DNA from: Lama glama
Taxonomy: Eukaryota
DNA length: 64,000 nt
NCBI GenBank assembly: GCA_028534125.1
Contig: CM052816.1
Span: 53,570,001 to 53,634,000, forward strand
Direction of reading: 5' to 3'
In this document: positions 53,486 through 64,000 of the stretch, in pieces
Layout of the letters: the number at the start of each line of letters is the position of its first letter
Numbering within the stretch: position 1 is the first letter of the stretch
Program-made: the position numbers and the translations under genes
The notes under the pieces: generated by a model
What the model saw: the letters and a program-made list of their open reading frames with translations, nothing else
What the model was told of the DNA's origin: nothing
The model's database searches: none

Positions 53486-53764
53486 TGATCTGTAATTCCC
53501 AATATAATTTTATTTTTTGAACCCAGTATTTATTTAAGAGAGTTTCTAAATTTCAGAATGGTTAGAATTTACTGCATTTTATGATCTTAGGAGATAGTAA
53601 ACACAAATTATACCTCTTGCAGTTATTTTCTTTTTGGCCTAAAATATTATCCTGTTTTCAGTAAGTGGTACATTTTTTGGCAATGTGAAAAAAGCGAGTA
53701 TTCACTGCTTGTATGGTACATATGTATTCATATTTTTAAATAAAATAAAGTTTATCAATCATGC

Positions 53765-55455
53765 TCAGTGGGTTCAACAGCAGATTTGAGCTGGCAAAAG
53801 AATGAATCAGTGAATTGAGACAAATGAATTAGTCAGTTGAGGTCATCTAGTCTGAGAAATAGAGAGCAAAATGAATGAATAAAAATGAACAGATGAAATG
53901 AATGTCAGATATGTAATTACAGCATAACAAACGTAGTCAATAATATTGTAACAATTTTGAATGGCAACATAATTGTGGTGATTATTTTGTAATGTATAAA
54001 AATTTTGAATCACTATCTTGTACACCTAATACAATATTGTAAGTAGATTACACTTCAGCTAAAAATTTTAAAAAAGAAATAAAAATGAACGATCCTAAGG
54101 GACCTTCAGAACATCATAAAGCATACCAACGTGTGCATAAGAAAAGTCTCAGAAGGAGAGGAAAGAGTCAGAGAGAACAAAATAATAGCCAAAAATAAAC
54201 CAAATTTGATAAAAGATATTAATCTACACCTCCAAGATGTTCAATGTTTAGGACAAATTCAAAGAGATCCAAACCTAGATACATCACAGGCAAACCATCA
54301 AAAGCCAAAGACAATGAGAGAATCCTGAAAGCAGCAAGAGAAAAATGACTCACAAATATAAGGGATACTCAATAAAATTTACAGCTGACTTCTTATCAGA
54401 AACTACAGAGGCCAGAAGACAGTGTGATAACATATTCAAAGTGCTGAAAGAAAAAGACTATCAACCAAGAATTCCATATCCAGCCAGCCTAAAATAAGGA
54501 GAAATTCAGACATTCCCAATTTTAAAAAAAAACCAGCAAAGCAGCAAATTTCTCATTAGCAAACTTGCCCGACAAGAAAAACTACAGGGAGTCCATGCTG
54601 AAATGAAAGGATACTAGGTGGTAACTCAGAGTTACCCGCCAAAAATAAAAAGCGCCAGTTAAAGTTATTACACACGTAGATATAAAAGATTGTATAAATG
54701 TATTTTTGTTAGTAACTCTTTTTTTCTTCTATCTGATTTAAAAGATAGTTGCATAAAGCAATAATTATAAAATTGTGTTCATAGGCTTATAATGTATAAA
54801 CATGTAATGTATGTAACAATAATAGCACAAAGGAGGGAGATGGAAATGGTGCTATATTGAGGCAAAGTTTTTGCTCAATATACTACTAAAATTAAGTTGC
54901 GACTTATCTAAACTTAATTGTTGCGGGGGAGGGTATAGCTCAGTGGTAGAGTGCATGCTTAGCATGCACGAGGTCCTAGGTTCAAGTCCCAGTACCTCCA
55001 TTAAAAAAATTAATAGACTTTATTAAAAAAACTTAATTGTTGCAAGTTAATATACTAATTGTAATTTCCAGGGCATCCACTATGAAAATAACTTTAAAAA
55101 AAAGATGTAGTAAGAGGACTGTGGCATGAAATGATGGTCATCATTGGTCCTTGGGGAAATGTAAATCAAAACCACAATGAGATACCACTTCAGACCCACT
55201 AGGATGGATATAATTTAATATATGACAATGACAAGTATTGATGAGAATGTGGAGAAATTGGAAACCTCATACACTGCTGGTGGGAATGTAAAATGGTGCA
55301 GCGTTTTTAGAAAAATTCTGGCACTTACTCAAAAGACTAAACATGGAGTGACTACATAAATCAACAATTTCACTCATAGGTATATAAGCATTATTATTAA
55401 AAACATATATGCATGCAAAAACTTGTACATGAATGCTCATAGCAGCATTATATTT
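53765..55455 (+). mobile_element. Old L1: ORF1 remnant, inter-ORF region and ORF2 3' fragment, with nested insertions
   Basis: ORF1-like 'aacagcagatttgagctggcaaaagaa' and 'acagctgacttcttatcagaaactacagaggccagaagacagtg'. ORF2 end at about 55150-55450. Nested L1 3' end at 53891-54077 (TSD aataaaaatgaac) and a SINE at 54925. Confidence 0.8.
54925..55028 (+). mobile_element. tRNA-derived SINE (Vic-1-like)
   Basis: 'gggggagggtatagctcagtggtagagtgcatgcttagcatgcacgaggtcctaggttcaagtccc'. Perfect 15-bp TSD aaacttaattgttgc (54910-54924 and 55029-55043). Confidence 0.94.
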
Positions 55456-55894
55456 AGTGGTCAAAGACAAGGAAATTTTGAGTGCAGTTTGCAAAATTTT
55501 TCTCCATCACGAGCCCTAGGTATTGCTTTATATATGAAGCTATTCAACAACCTTGTATAGAATTTAAGTCAGTGAACGAGAGATGGAGAAACCAGAAGGT
55601 AAGAGGTAGAATGGAAGAAGGCAGAACAGAAGGTGAATGATAACTAGGTAGGGGAGGGAAGAGCAGAAATAGAGGAGGAAAAAAATGCCCAGAAATTTCT
55701 TCATCATAATGTCAGTATCCCACAGTCTTTTCTTCCCTTCACTAAGAGATATTTCTACACATAAAAGTGGAAACAGAATAAGGAGGATGAAATTAACACG
55801 CCCAGTGGCTCTATAGCTGTTCTTACTCCATTACTGGTATTAACTTAGGTGAGATACACTCTCAGACTTCCTGTTTAAATAAAAAATCGAGCTG

Positions 55895-56273
55895 GTATGG
55901 CAGATATGAAGATACTCTTCAAGAAAGGACTTTATGCTCCGCAATTGGGAGTGCAGTCAGCATGCAGCCTCTAAGCTATGAGCTTTTTCCAGAGAGCTGT
56001 TTTGCCCAAAGACTCCCTCCTCCTGGGGCAGCCTCCATCTGGTGACTGAGGGAGGTAGGGTTATGAAGTCTTCGCCATTTGGGGTCTTGTTCTCCCAGAG
56101 TTCTGTGCCAGGTCAGATGAAGCTTTTGGACCCACAAAGTAGTTCTCCTTTTCTCTCTGCCCAGTCCTGTGTCCTTCCTACTTTTCACAAGTATTGTATT
56201 GATCCTAATAAAACAACTTGCTTCCAAAGCTCTGCCTCACTATTTGCTTCTAGAGAACCTAACCTGTGATACA
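55895..56273 (+). mobile_element. ERVL LTR (LTR16-like)
   Basis: 'ccctcctcctggggcagcc...cctaataaa...tgcttctagagaacctaacctgtgataca' terminus. Confidence 0.6.
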
Positions 56274-56519
56274 TGCATGCATGAGAAACTTCATGCATGA
56301 GAAAAAAGAGGGAAGGCCAAAAATCCTCTGTTCAACAAAGAAAATTCACAAGTATTCATGTCTTCTAGAAACCAGGGATGTCAATTTAAATATTTATTAC
56401 TAAGGCAACACATTATTAATAAGACAATAGTTTATATCCTTTTAAGGATTAAGGACTGCTTTCACAGGCCACAGCAACAATCTCAAGACCAGATGTCTAA
56501 CAGGAGTAGGCAGCTAACA

Positions 56520-56700
56520 GGGTGGGCAAGCGACTGCCCGGTCTAGCTTCCTGTCTTTGTAAATAAAGTTTTATTGGAACACAGCTACACCCATTCACTT
56601 GGCTGCTTTCTTGCTACAGCAGCAGAATTGAGTAGTCACAACAAAGACCACAGACCCTGGAAGCCTCAAATATCTACTATCTGGAACTTTAGGAAAGAGA
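56520..56700. mobile_element. MER58A-like hAT MITE
   Basis: 'cctgtctttgtaaataaagttttattggaacacagc.acacccattca...gcagaattgagtagt...aaatatctactatctgg'. Confidence 0.8.
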
Positions 56701-57362
56701 AGAGATTCTTTTGATGGAAATAATTTTGCAAGGTGATTTTATGATGCAAAATACTATCTACTTTTCTCTTCAGCTGCAGAAAGAGGGAGAGAGCACAGGT
56801 GCCTCCAGTTTTTAAAGACCACACCCTGGGATTCCATATATTGGCAATCTCAAGAAGCCCAAAACAAGGAAAGAACAGGGCAAAACAGGATTATTAACAA
56901 ATGAAATAAGGATTGTATATTATTTTGAATCTATACTGGTCACTAGCTAAAAATATGAAAGAGGTGTCTCAGGGTCGAGTTTGAGAAGACTGGATTTGGG
57001 AATGAATGGGAATCGACAGATTGATATTTTCTATCATAAATTTTATCAAAAATCACAATGAAATGTGAACAGCATAAACAAAAGATAACACTGAGTGAGC
57101 AAGATCTTCTGGGGACATCTCTTAGATCCTCTTTGGGATGCGGCAAGGTGAAGACACAAGGTAGGGAATTCTCTGGGTTCAATGAGGCTCTGATAAAGGA
57201 ACCCTACAGAGAGTTCTGTGCTCCTTGCCAGCGGAGCTACATCAGCACCTGGAAACAGCTTACGGTACACACAGAAGCCATGTCAGTACCTGGGCTCCAG
57301 GGGTCTGAGATTCTCGCTACCCTGTACTTATCCAGTTCCTCTTGTTCTGCTCTTTAACATAG

Positions 57363-57911
57363 TGTTACCCCAAAGGTAAAGTCCCCAGTTCTTGTCATAT
57401 CTGAAAGATAAGTTTACAGTCGGGAGATGGTGCATTGTGTACTGAAAGATTTTAAAAGATTTTTTTTAAAAAAGGAAAAGTACACCTCCAAGAACAGGAG
57501 GTGGGCTGATCCAAGGGAGGAAAAGCAGCGGCTTTTGTCTCCCCTTTCTCTTACACTCTCGCTGAGGGGTGGTCTTTTGACTGATCGTTGGCTCTTGTCC
57601 CTGGAATGCTTAGTCGTGTTTGGCCCCTTTTGCGCATGTCCTTACCCATGGTGTACACAGAAAAAACCATGGTGGCGGGCTAAACCGCAGTGTTAATTAT
57701 AATACAATGAACATTGGATCATGTCCGGTTAAGCCCTTTCTGCTTTACTGTGCAGTCGAGGCTATCCGGTTCTAACCAGTTTCTTGGTGGCACTCATTTA
57801 GAAGAAGTAAAGTCCCTTTATGCTGGAGGCGGGCTCAACGTTATCTTCCGGACCATCCTCCCTCTCCTCCACCTACCTGCCCAGTGCCCCCACTTATCTA
57901 ACTACCTAACA
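57363..57911 (-). mobile_element. ERV1-type solo LTR (549 bp)
   Basis: Inverted termini TGTTA...TAACA. Perfect 4-bp TSD ATAG (57359-57362 and 57912-57915). Retains several CpGs. Minus-strand start TGTTAGGTAGTTAGA resembles cetartiodactyl ERV LTR starts (orientation inferred from this). Confidence 0.85.
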
Positions 57912-58059
57912 ATAGGGCCTATGAATTTTCAATGTATAGCCCATTTAGCATTTTTACCATGGCCAAGTATCATGGGAAGGGGAAATCAGGCCATAGTAAA
58001 AACGCTAAATGGTCTATGCATTGAAAATTCATAGGTCCTATTGTTAGGTAGTTAGATAA
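57894..58059. repeat. Long inverted repeat: 71-bp arms, 24-nt spacer
   Basis: 57894-57964 versus the reverse complement of 57989-58059: 66/71 identical, no gaps (aligned by hand). Confidence 0.95.
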
Positions 58060-58967
58060 ATCACTTAACTACTCTTCTTTTCAGGTCCCCCAGACTCCCT
58101 TCTTACCCTCGGACCCTCATTTGCACTCTCTCAATAGCTTTTTGCAGAAACAGGCAAAAAAAGAGATGCATCATTCATTTACTGATTTTCTTTAATAGTT
58201 AATTGTAGGCAAATTACAGCTTGACACTTGACACAAGACCTTTGAAATATTTTGAAATCATACACATACCTGTTCCTACAGGCTTTCCTGTGCCTTCCAG
58301 TAACAAGTAAGCTTTCATTCTGGGCAAAACAGATTACCAAATATCCACTTGAAGTGCCAGTGTTTTCTGTGAAAAAGGGTGAGAAAATGTGTGTAGTCAT
58401 TGATTTGACATGTGACCCGTGCCTCTTCGGTCACATGTCACATTTCCCTGGCATTGTTCCCTTTTCCTTGTTAGGAAAGTGCTTATCCACCATCTATAAT
58501 GATCTTGCTTTTTAATGTTACACTTTCCTTTCCCCAAACTATTTACATACCACTAAGTCAAGCTGTGATAAGACACCACTTTTCATTCAATTCTGATTCT
58601 ACATAATAATTTCTTATTTGAAACAACAATTATTTTATCAAGGAGAAACAGCTGCAAACACAGCAATTCCTCTGAACTACCATTAAGAGAATGTTCCCTG
58701 CTGTGAAGCCAGATGTTTAGCTTATATACTGAGATTTCTGGGGATGAGTAGAGACTGGTAGCTGTCCTCTGAGATGGGGGTGCCTCTCTGCCTGGCACAG
58801 TAACACTGGACACAGAATACCCTTCCCCCGACTCCTTTGACTCCATTCTCCCTGGACCTCCTGCCCCCACTTCCTCAGGAAGTTCTCAGAAGCCAGTTGT
58901 ATCATCTGAGTTCTACTGTTCACATCTGTCATTCCAAAGAACTCTAGTGTAATAAAAATTATAACAC

Positions 58968-59147
58968 TAGATAAACAAAAAAGATCCCACTTATAGCACA
59001 GGGATCTATATTCAATAGCTTGTAATAATCTATAATGAAAAAGAATACAAAAAGATATATATATGACTGAATCACTATGCTGTACACCAGAAACTAACAC
59101 AACATTGTAAATCAACTATACTTCAATTTTTTTAATTATTAAAAAAA
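58968..59147 (+). mobile_element. L1 3' UTR terminal fragment
   Basis: 'tatagcacaggga.ctatattcaatagcttgtaataa...tcactatgctgtacaccagaaactaacacaacattgtaaatcaactatacttcaat', the same end as at 19160-19330 and 31290-31450. Confidence 0.88.
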
Positions 59148-60070
59148 TCAAGAAATATCTTTTGAAATGGAACATTCTGAGAAATTGAAAAAAAAATCAT
59201 AGAGAATTAAACTTATGCACAGCTTCTTTCCCTCTCCCCACAAGCTAAGTGAAATTCTGGAGTTGTTTATTCTCTAGGCCTCTTTCCACTTACCTTTCTC
59301 TTGTGTTAGAGAGATGGCAGGAGGAAGAGGGTCATCCAGAGCTGCTGATGTGGGGTCACAGTGGAAAGTCCTGGTTGGGAGTTGATGGTTGGGGGAGAGT
59401 TTTCAGGAGCAGCTGTCTGAGAATGGCAGAGGTGTAGACAGAGGACTTTTCAGTACATTAGCTGTGCCAGCTAAAAATTATGAGAGTTAAAATTATGCAA
59501 TAGAAGGTAAATGTTTTGAACCGGGGGAGGATAAAGAGATGGATAGGAGTACAAGGATGCTAATGTTCTCACCTTTTAAAGCAGGGAGTCATTGATGATC
59601 TATCCAATTGAAACTTGTTTCTTTTTTTTTTTTTAAGTACAGTGAATCTAGCATTTTAATATTTTAGAATATTTAGAACCCTTTAGAAAATAATATATCT
59701 TGTGGTAAAGTTCAACAATTCCTTCTGTTTCTCTTTAATTTCTTTTTCTTTTATTACATTCATGTAAGATTAAGTTTAATATGTTTAATATAAATAGTGT
59801 GATCCCATGTTTATAAAAGTATTCCTCTTTGTGTATATACTTAGAAGGGTATATCTAATAATATTCTAAAACTAATAATAATTATTTCTGGGTGGGACCT
59901 TTGGAGTGATTTTTGAACTTTTATCTGTGCATTCCTGTTATGTGAATTCCTATAGTAAGTATGAAAATAGACTAATATTTCTTTTAAAATATTAGAAAAA
60001 TGCTAATATGACGAAAGTGTTTAGTTCTGGTTAGTGGGAATATGGAAGATGATTTTTTTTTCTTGGTGCT

Positions 60071-60434
60071 TGCCTTAGTCCATTTGGGCTGCTATGAAAA
60101 ATTATCCCAGACTAGGTAGCTTATAAAAAACAGAAGTTTATTTCTTACAGTTCTGGAGCCTGGAAGTCCAAGATCAAGACACTAGTATGGCCACCTTCTG
60201 GTAAGAACCCTCTTTCTGGTTCATAGCTGGCGCCTCCTTGCTGTGTCTTCATTTGGTGGATGAGGCTAGGATCTGTCTGGTGCCTCTTTTATGAGCACTA
60301 ATCCTAGTCATGAGGACTCCACTATCATGACCTAAGCATCGCCTAAAGGCCCTACCTCCTAATACCATCACCTCAGGCATCAGGATTTCAACATACGAAT
60401 TTTGAGAGAGGGGACAAACATTCAGGCTTTAGCA
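60071..60434 (-). mobile_element. MaLR solo LTR (MLT1A-like)
   Basis: 'tgccttagtccatttgggctgctat...tttatttcttacagttctggagcctggaagtccaagatcaag...ggatttcaacatacgaatttt...aaacattcag..ttagca'. Confidence 0.85.
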
Positions 60435-63400
60435 GTGCTTCTCTGTATTTTCTAAAATTCCAAAAATTAAATTACTTAATTCAAATGACAGAAATAACCA
60501 ACATCGCTATTATATATTCCTTCTCTGTTAATATTTGTTTATTTATTCCATAGCAGTTTTTATGAATAGCAAAGCAATATGTTTTTACACAGAACCCTTC
60601 AACCAAAGATGATTTTTACAGACACACATTTAAAGTGTCACTGATTCCAAAATAAATCATTACTTGTCTAAAGATTGGCATGTTTGAATTTAAAGAAATA
60701 GCTGCAATAATTGCTGTGTCTAAGAAGGAGACTCTGAGGAGGGCAAACTTGGTTCAGGAGAGAGTTGGAATGTTGGGGGATTTCAGAACTCCTGTGAAAA
60801 TTATCCCAGCAGTCAAATAAATGACTAATAATAAATGACTAACAGAATCAAATACCTAACTGATAACATATGCAGGTAACCTTTGTCATGCCCGAAGACT
60901 CCATTCTATAAAGTAGAGATAATGATTTCTTTTTTAGGTTAAATAACATCAGGAGATAGAGAGAGAGTGCTACCTGGTGAAATTCACGTTCTCGGCAGAA
61001 CTCAACAAGGCGGTAGTTAGTAGCTGTAGTCACTTTGAGATTTTTATCAAACATATCATTCAAAATTTACTCTCTTCCATGACTTACTGCTCCATATTTT
61101 CAAAGCATAATGTTCATTTATGTAAAAGTAAATGTAAAAAAAATGGATAAAAATAAAAAGCCTCCGTTTTTCTTTCATATCTTCATCCGCCCTCCTTTTC
61201 CTTTTTCTTTCCTTTATCCACTTACAAAATATATTTTTGGCTTCTTATTTTTCCATTCTTTTTCCTTGCAGACTCATTTAGTTTTGGCTCTTTTCAACAA
61301 ATATCTTCTGCCTTGAGTAAGTGTGCACTGTTTTCTGATTTTCTTTTAAATGTTCATCTCCATAGCAAACCTTACTGAAATTACATTTAACAAGTTTAAA
61401 CGGAACCCCTCTGGAACATTTTTTTTTGCTAGAGCAGAACGTTCCTGGAAAACCATTCACATCAATGCTTTTGTTGGAAAACTGACTCTCCTACTGGCTT
61501 CCCACTTTCCCGTCCACACAGACAATGTGCAGGTGGTACCATGGTTTCTGTCCTCCTCAGCCCTCTCCTAGCTGCCCCTCCTCTCCTCACCTCCAGACCC
61601 CGTATCACTGCTCCCTCTCTGTGAACCACTGCGATTCTCTCCAATGTGCTCTCCTCCTTTCAGTCTCTGTGCTTTCACCTCGTTCCATTCTTCTCACAGC
61701 TGAAAGCTATGGCCTTTTGCAGCCCTGTTTACAGTGTGGGACAGGGTGAAGTCCAAACAAGTGGCACTCTAGGCCCTTTGTCATCTGACACCTGTCTGCT
61801 TTGCTGTCTCATTTTTCTTGATGTCATACTCTTCCACTTACAAAGCAATTTCAGTCCCACTAAAACACCCTGATACTGCGCAATCAATAGATCTATGTTT
61901 TTGCTCACACTTTGCCCTCTGCTGAACATTGATTCATCTTTTAAGATTATATTCAAAGGAATATATAAAAGATGTGTAATCTCACCAGAAGTCAAGGAAG
62001 TGAAATCTGATAATCAAAATATTAAAAGATTTTAAATAAACTAGTTTAGTTTAGTTGTGAAAGTTTAGTTGTGAAAGTACAAAATAATTCCAATATAAGG
62101 TACTTCTTTTTCCATTTTTGTTGAGTAATGATAAATAGCACAAATTTCAATAGTTTGGGTGGGAAAAATATTCCAGGCTAACTCCAGCCGAAAGCTCTAT
62201 AATATTCAGTCACGGAAGATCAAAATGAGCAACAGTCTAATGAAGACTCAAATGTGACATCAAACATGAGCACCCTCTGGCATACTGAACACAAAGCATG
62301 GACTTGTGAATTGCACACAGTTTTTAACGTGGTTTTTCCACCATTTATTGCTACTTTTACCACTTCGTTATATAGAGAACTATCCTCAAAACTGCGCTCA
62401 TATGTTCTCAAAGCTATTCTGAAACTGTAGTAAAAATGGTTTGCTATTAAACGTCTGAAATTTTATTTTCTAAAAGTATTTTTTTTCACTTAATTAGTTT
62501 AACCAATGCAGCTAATTGCCACTTGGATGTCATTATAATCTTAGTAATGATTGCCCTGAAGTTTTCCTCTCAGGGACACAGCTTCTGCTGTTTTCATGAT
62601 TCACATCCTAATATCCCTTGAGCTAAATTAACCAGTGATTTACATCTGGAAATCCTATGTTCTCTGTGACAAATGATAGTTCCTTAACTGCTAACCTCGA
62701 AGAAACCACCTCAGAAAGATCTCTCTTTGCTGCTACGCTCTCTCTGTTACTCCCTGCTTCTGTAAAAGCTCTTCTCACCCTAATTAGGTAAGTTTATTTA
62801 GTATGCTGCCAAGTGAAAAAACTGGCACAGAATTTGCACGTTAGGATAGGGGAAAACACAGAATTCCACCTCTCATAATTGTGAAAACCTTATGGTGCGG
62901 GAAGGTGAAATATTAAGGTTTGGTGTTGTGGTCAAGATAAGTCAGCATATTTGGGTTGTTGCATCTGTGAGTCTAGGTTTGGGCTTGCCTCTCTCATTGG
63001 CACTTTATTTGGGAGTATTCAGGCAATGCAAAGGCTGGGTTCAAGTGATATCTGTGTTCACGTGTGAACTATTTCTACTTGAAAAATTTGTTCACTGATT
63101 TTGTAGTTAGTTTTTTGGTGGAGTTTGTTTTGTTTTGTTTTGTTTGTTTGTTTAGGAGTGACTGTTGGGAAATTTTCGTCTAGGGTCAGTTTCAGGATAG
63201 ACATGGGGTGGAGTGGGGTGAGAGTAGCCGGTCAGCTTAAGAGGCAGTTCCAAGGGGGCTCAGGACCCAACTATATTGCAGGAGATTACAAATACTGTGT
63301 AAAGATTTTTATCTGGTTGGCCTTTTGGGGAAAGAGGAGGCTGGAAAATTGTTTTCACTCCAAGCTGGAGAAACCAGCTCTTGGCAACACCGAGCAGTTC

Positions 63401-63492
63401 AAATCCTCTTTCTCAATAAGGTCTATTCTAATTATAGCCTGTCTTCACTTCTCTGATGCACAGCAGTCTTGTCCGATGCAACTTTCTACCAT

Positions 63493-63652
63493 CAGGAGTT
63501 GCTACATAATTTGCCGAGCCCAGTACAAATGAAAATGTTGGGCCTTTTGTTTAAAAATTATTGAGAGGTCCAAGACAGCAACAGCAAAACATTAAACCAA
63601 ACATGGAACCTTCTAAGCTTGGGGCCCTGTGCACGCCCATGAAGCTGGTCCC
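63493..63652 (-). mobile_element. MER45A-like hAT-Tip100 MITE
   Basis: 'gctacataatttgc..gcccagtacaaatgaaaatg...cattaaaccaa...ggggccctgtgcacgcccatgaagctggtccc'. Confidence 0.75.
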
Positions 63653-63679
63653 ATCTGTAATGATCAAACCGTTTTATGT

Positions 63680-63832
63680 ACACCATTGAACATAGTAGCC
63701 ATAAGCCACACATGGCCTTTGTATACTAATGTAATACGGCTAATGCAATTATGGAACTGAATTTTTAAAATGTAATTCTTTTTAGTTTAAATAACCACAT
63801 GTGGCTCATGGCTGCCGTATTTGACAGTGCAG
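63680..63832. mobile_element. MER3-like hAT-Charlie MITE
   Basis: 'gtagccataagccacacatggc...ggaactgaattttt...ccacatgtggctcatggctgccgtatttgacagtgcag'. Confidence 0.75.
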
Positions 63833-64000
63833 TGCCTAATAAATTATTTTTCATAAATTATTTACTCTCACTATCATTCAAGTTTTGTCATCTGTAAAAT
63901 GGGTATAATAATATTACCTACCTCCCAGGGTTTTTTTTTTTTTAAAAGAATTTAATGAATTAACTTATCTAGAGCTCTTACAACAGTGCCTGGTATAAAA

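Noticed and set aside
60817..62078. Short 14-bp tandem duplications (aataaatgactaat near 60817; agtttagttgtgaa near 62048)
   Set aside because: Ordinary slippage duplications in AT-rich DNA with no further structure.
41030..64000. Exons of a neighbouring gene (AP3B1 expected by human synteny)
   Set aside because: No second CpG island or recognisable coding exon in this interval.
1..64000. CRISPR arrays, operons or other prokaryote-style systems
   Set aside because: The sequence is mammalian intronic and intergenic DNA, with no regularly spaced repeat-spacer structure or gene-dense region.

Overview
Mammalian genomic DNA, most likely a camelid: five tRNA-derived SINEs resemble the camelid Vic-1 family. 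The window holds the 5' end of SCAMP1 on the minus strand: a CpG-island promoter (about 39.6-41.0 kb), coding exon 1 (40163-40219, MSDFDSNPFADPDLNNPFK), a 25,187-bp intron 1 and exon 2 (14898-14975, [26 protein letters not shown]). Intron 2 runs off the left edge. The rest is intronic or upstream DNA dominated by transposon relics (L1, L2, MIR, MaLR/ERV LTRs, hAT and Tigger MITEs). Nearly all ORF-track entries are spurious or L1/L2 remnants. I found no convincing novel multi-gene system. The most notable structures are: (1) a 71-bp-arm inverted duplication straddling a solo-LTR/flank junction (57894-58059); (2) a pure (CGG)12 tract upstream of the SCAMP1 ATG that lies in frame with SCAMP1 as poly-Gly and inside an ATG-initiated poly-Arg uORF; (3) a perfect 12-bp inverted pair of E-boxes (58406-58440); (4) an LTR-like fragment apparently inserted with a poly-A tail and TSD; (5) ultra-short TSD-flanked L1 3'-end insertions. 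Repeat subfamily names come from recalled consensus sequences, not from a database search. Boundaries of old repeats are approximate.
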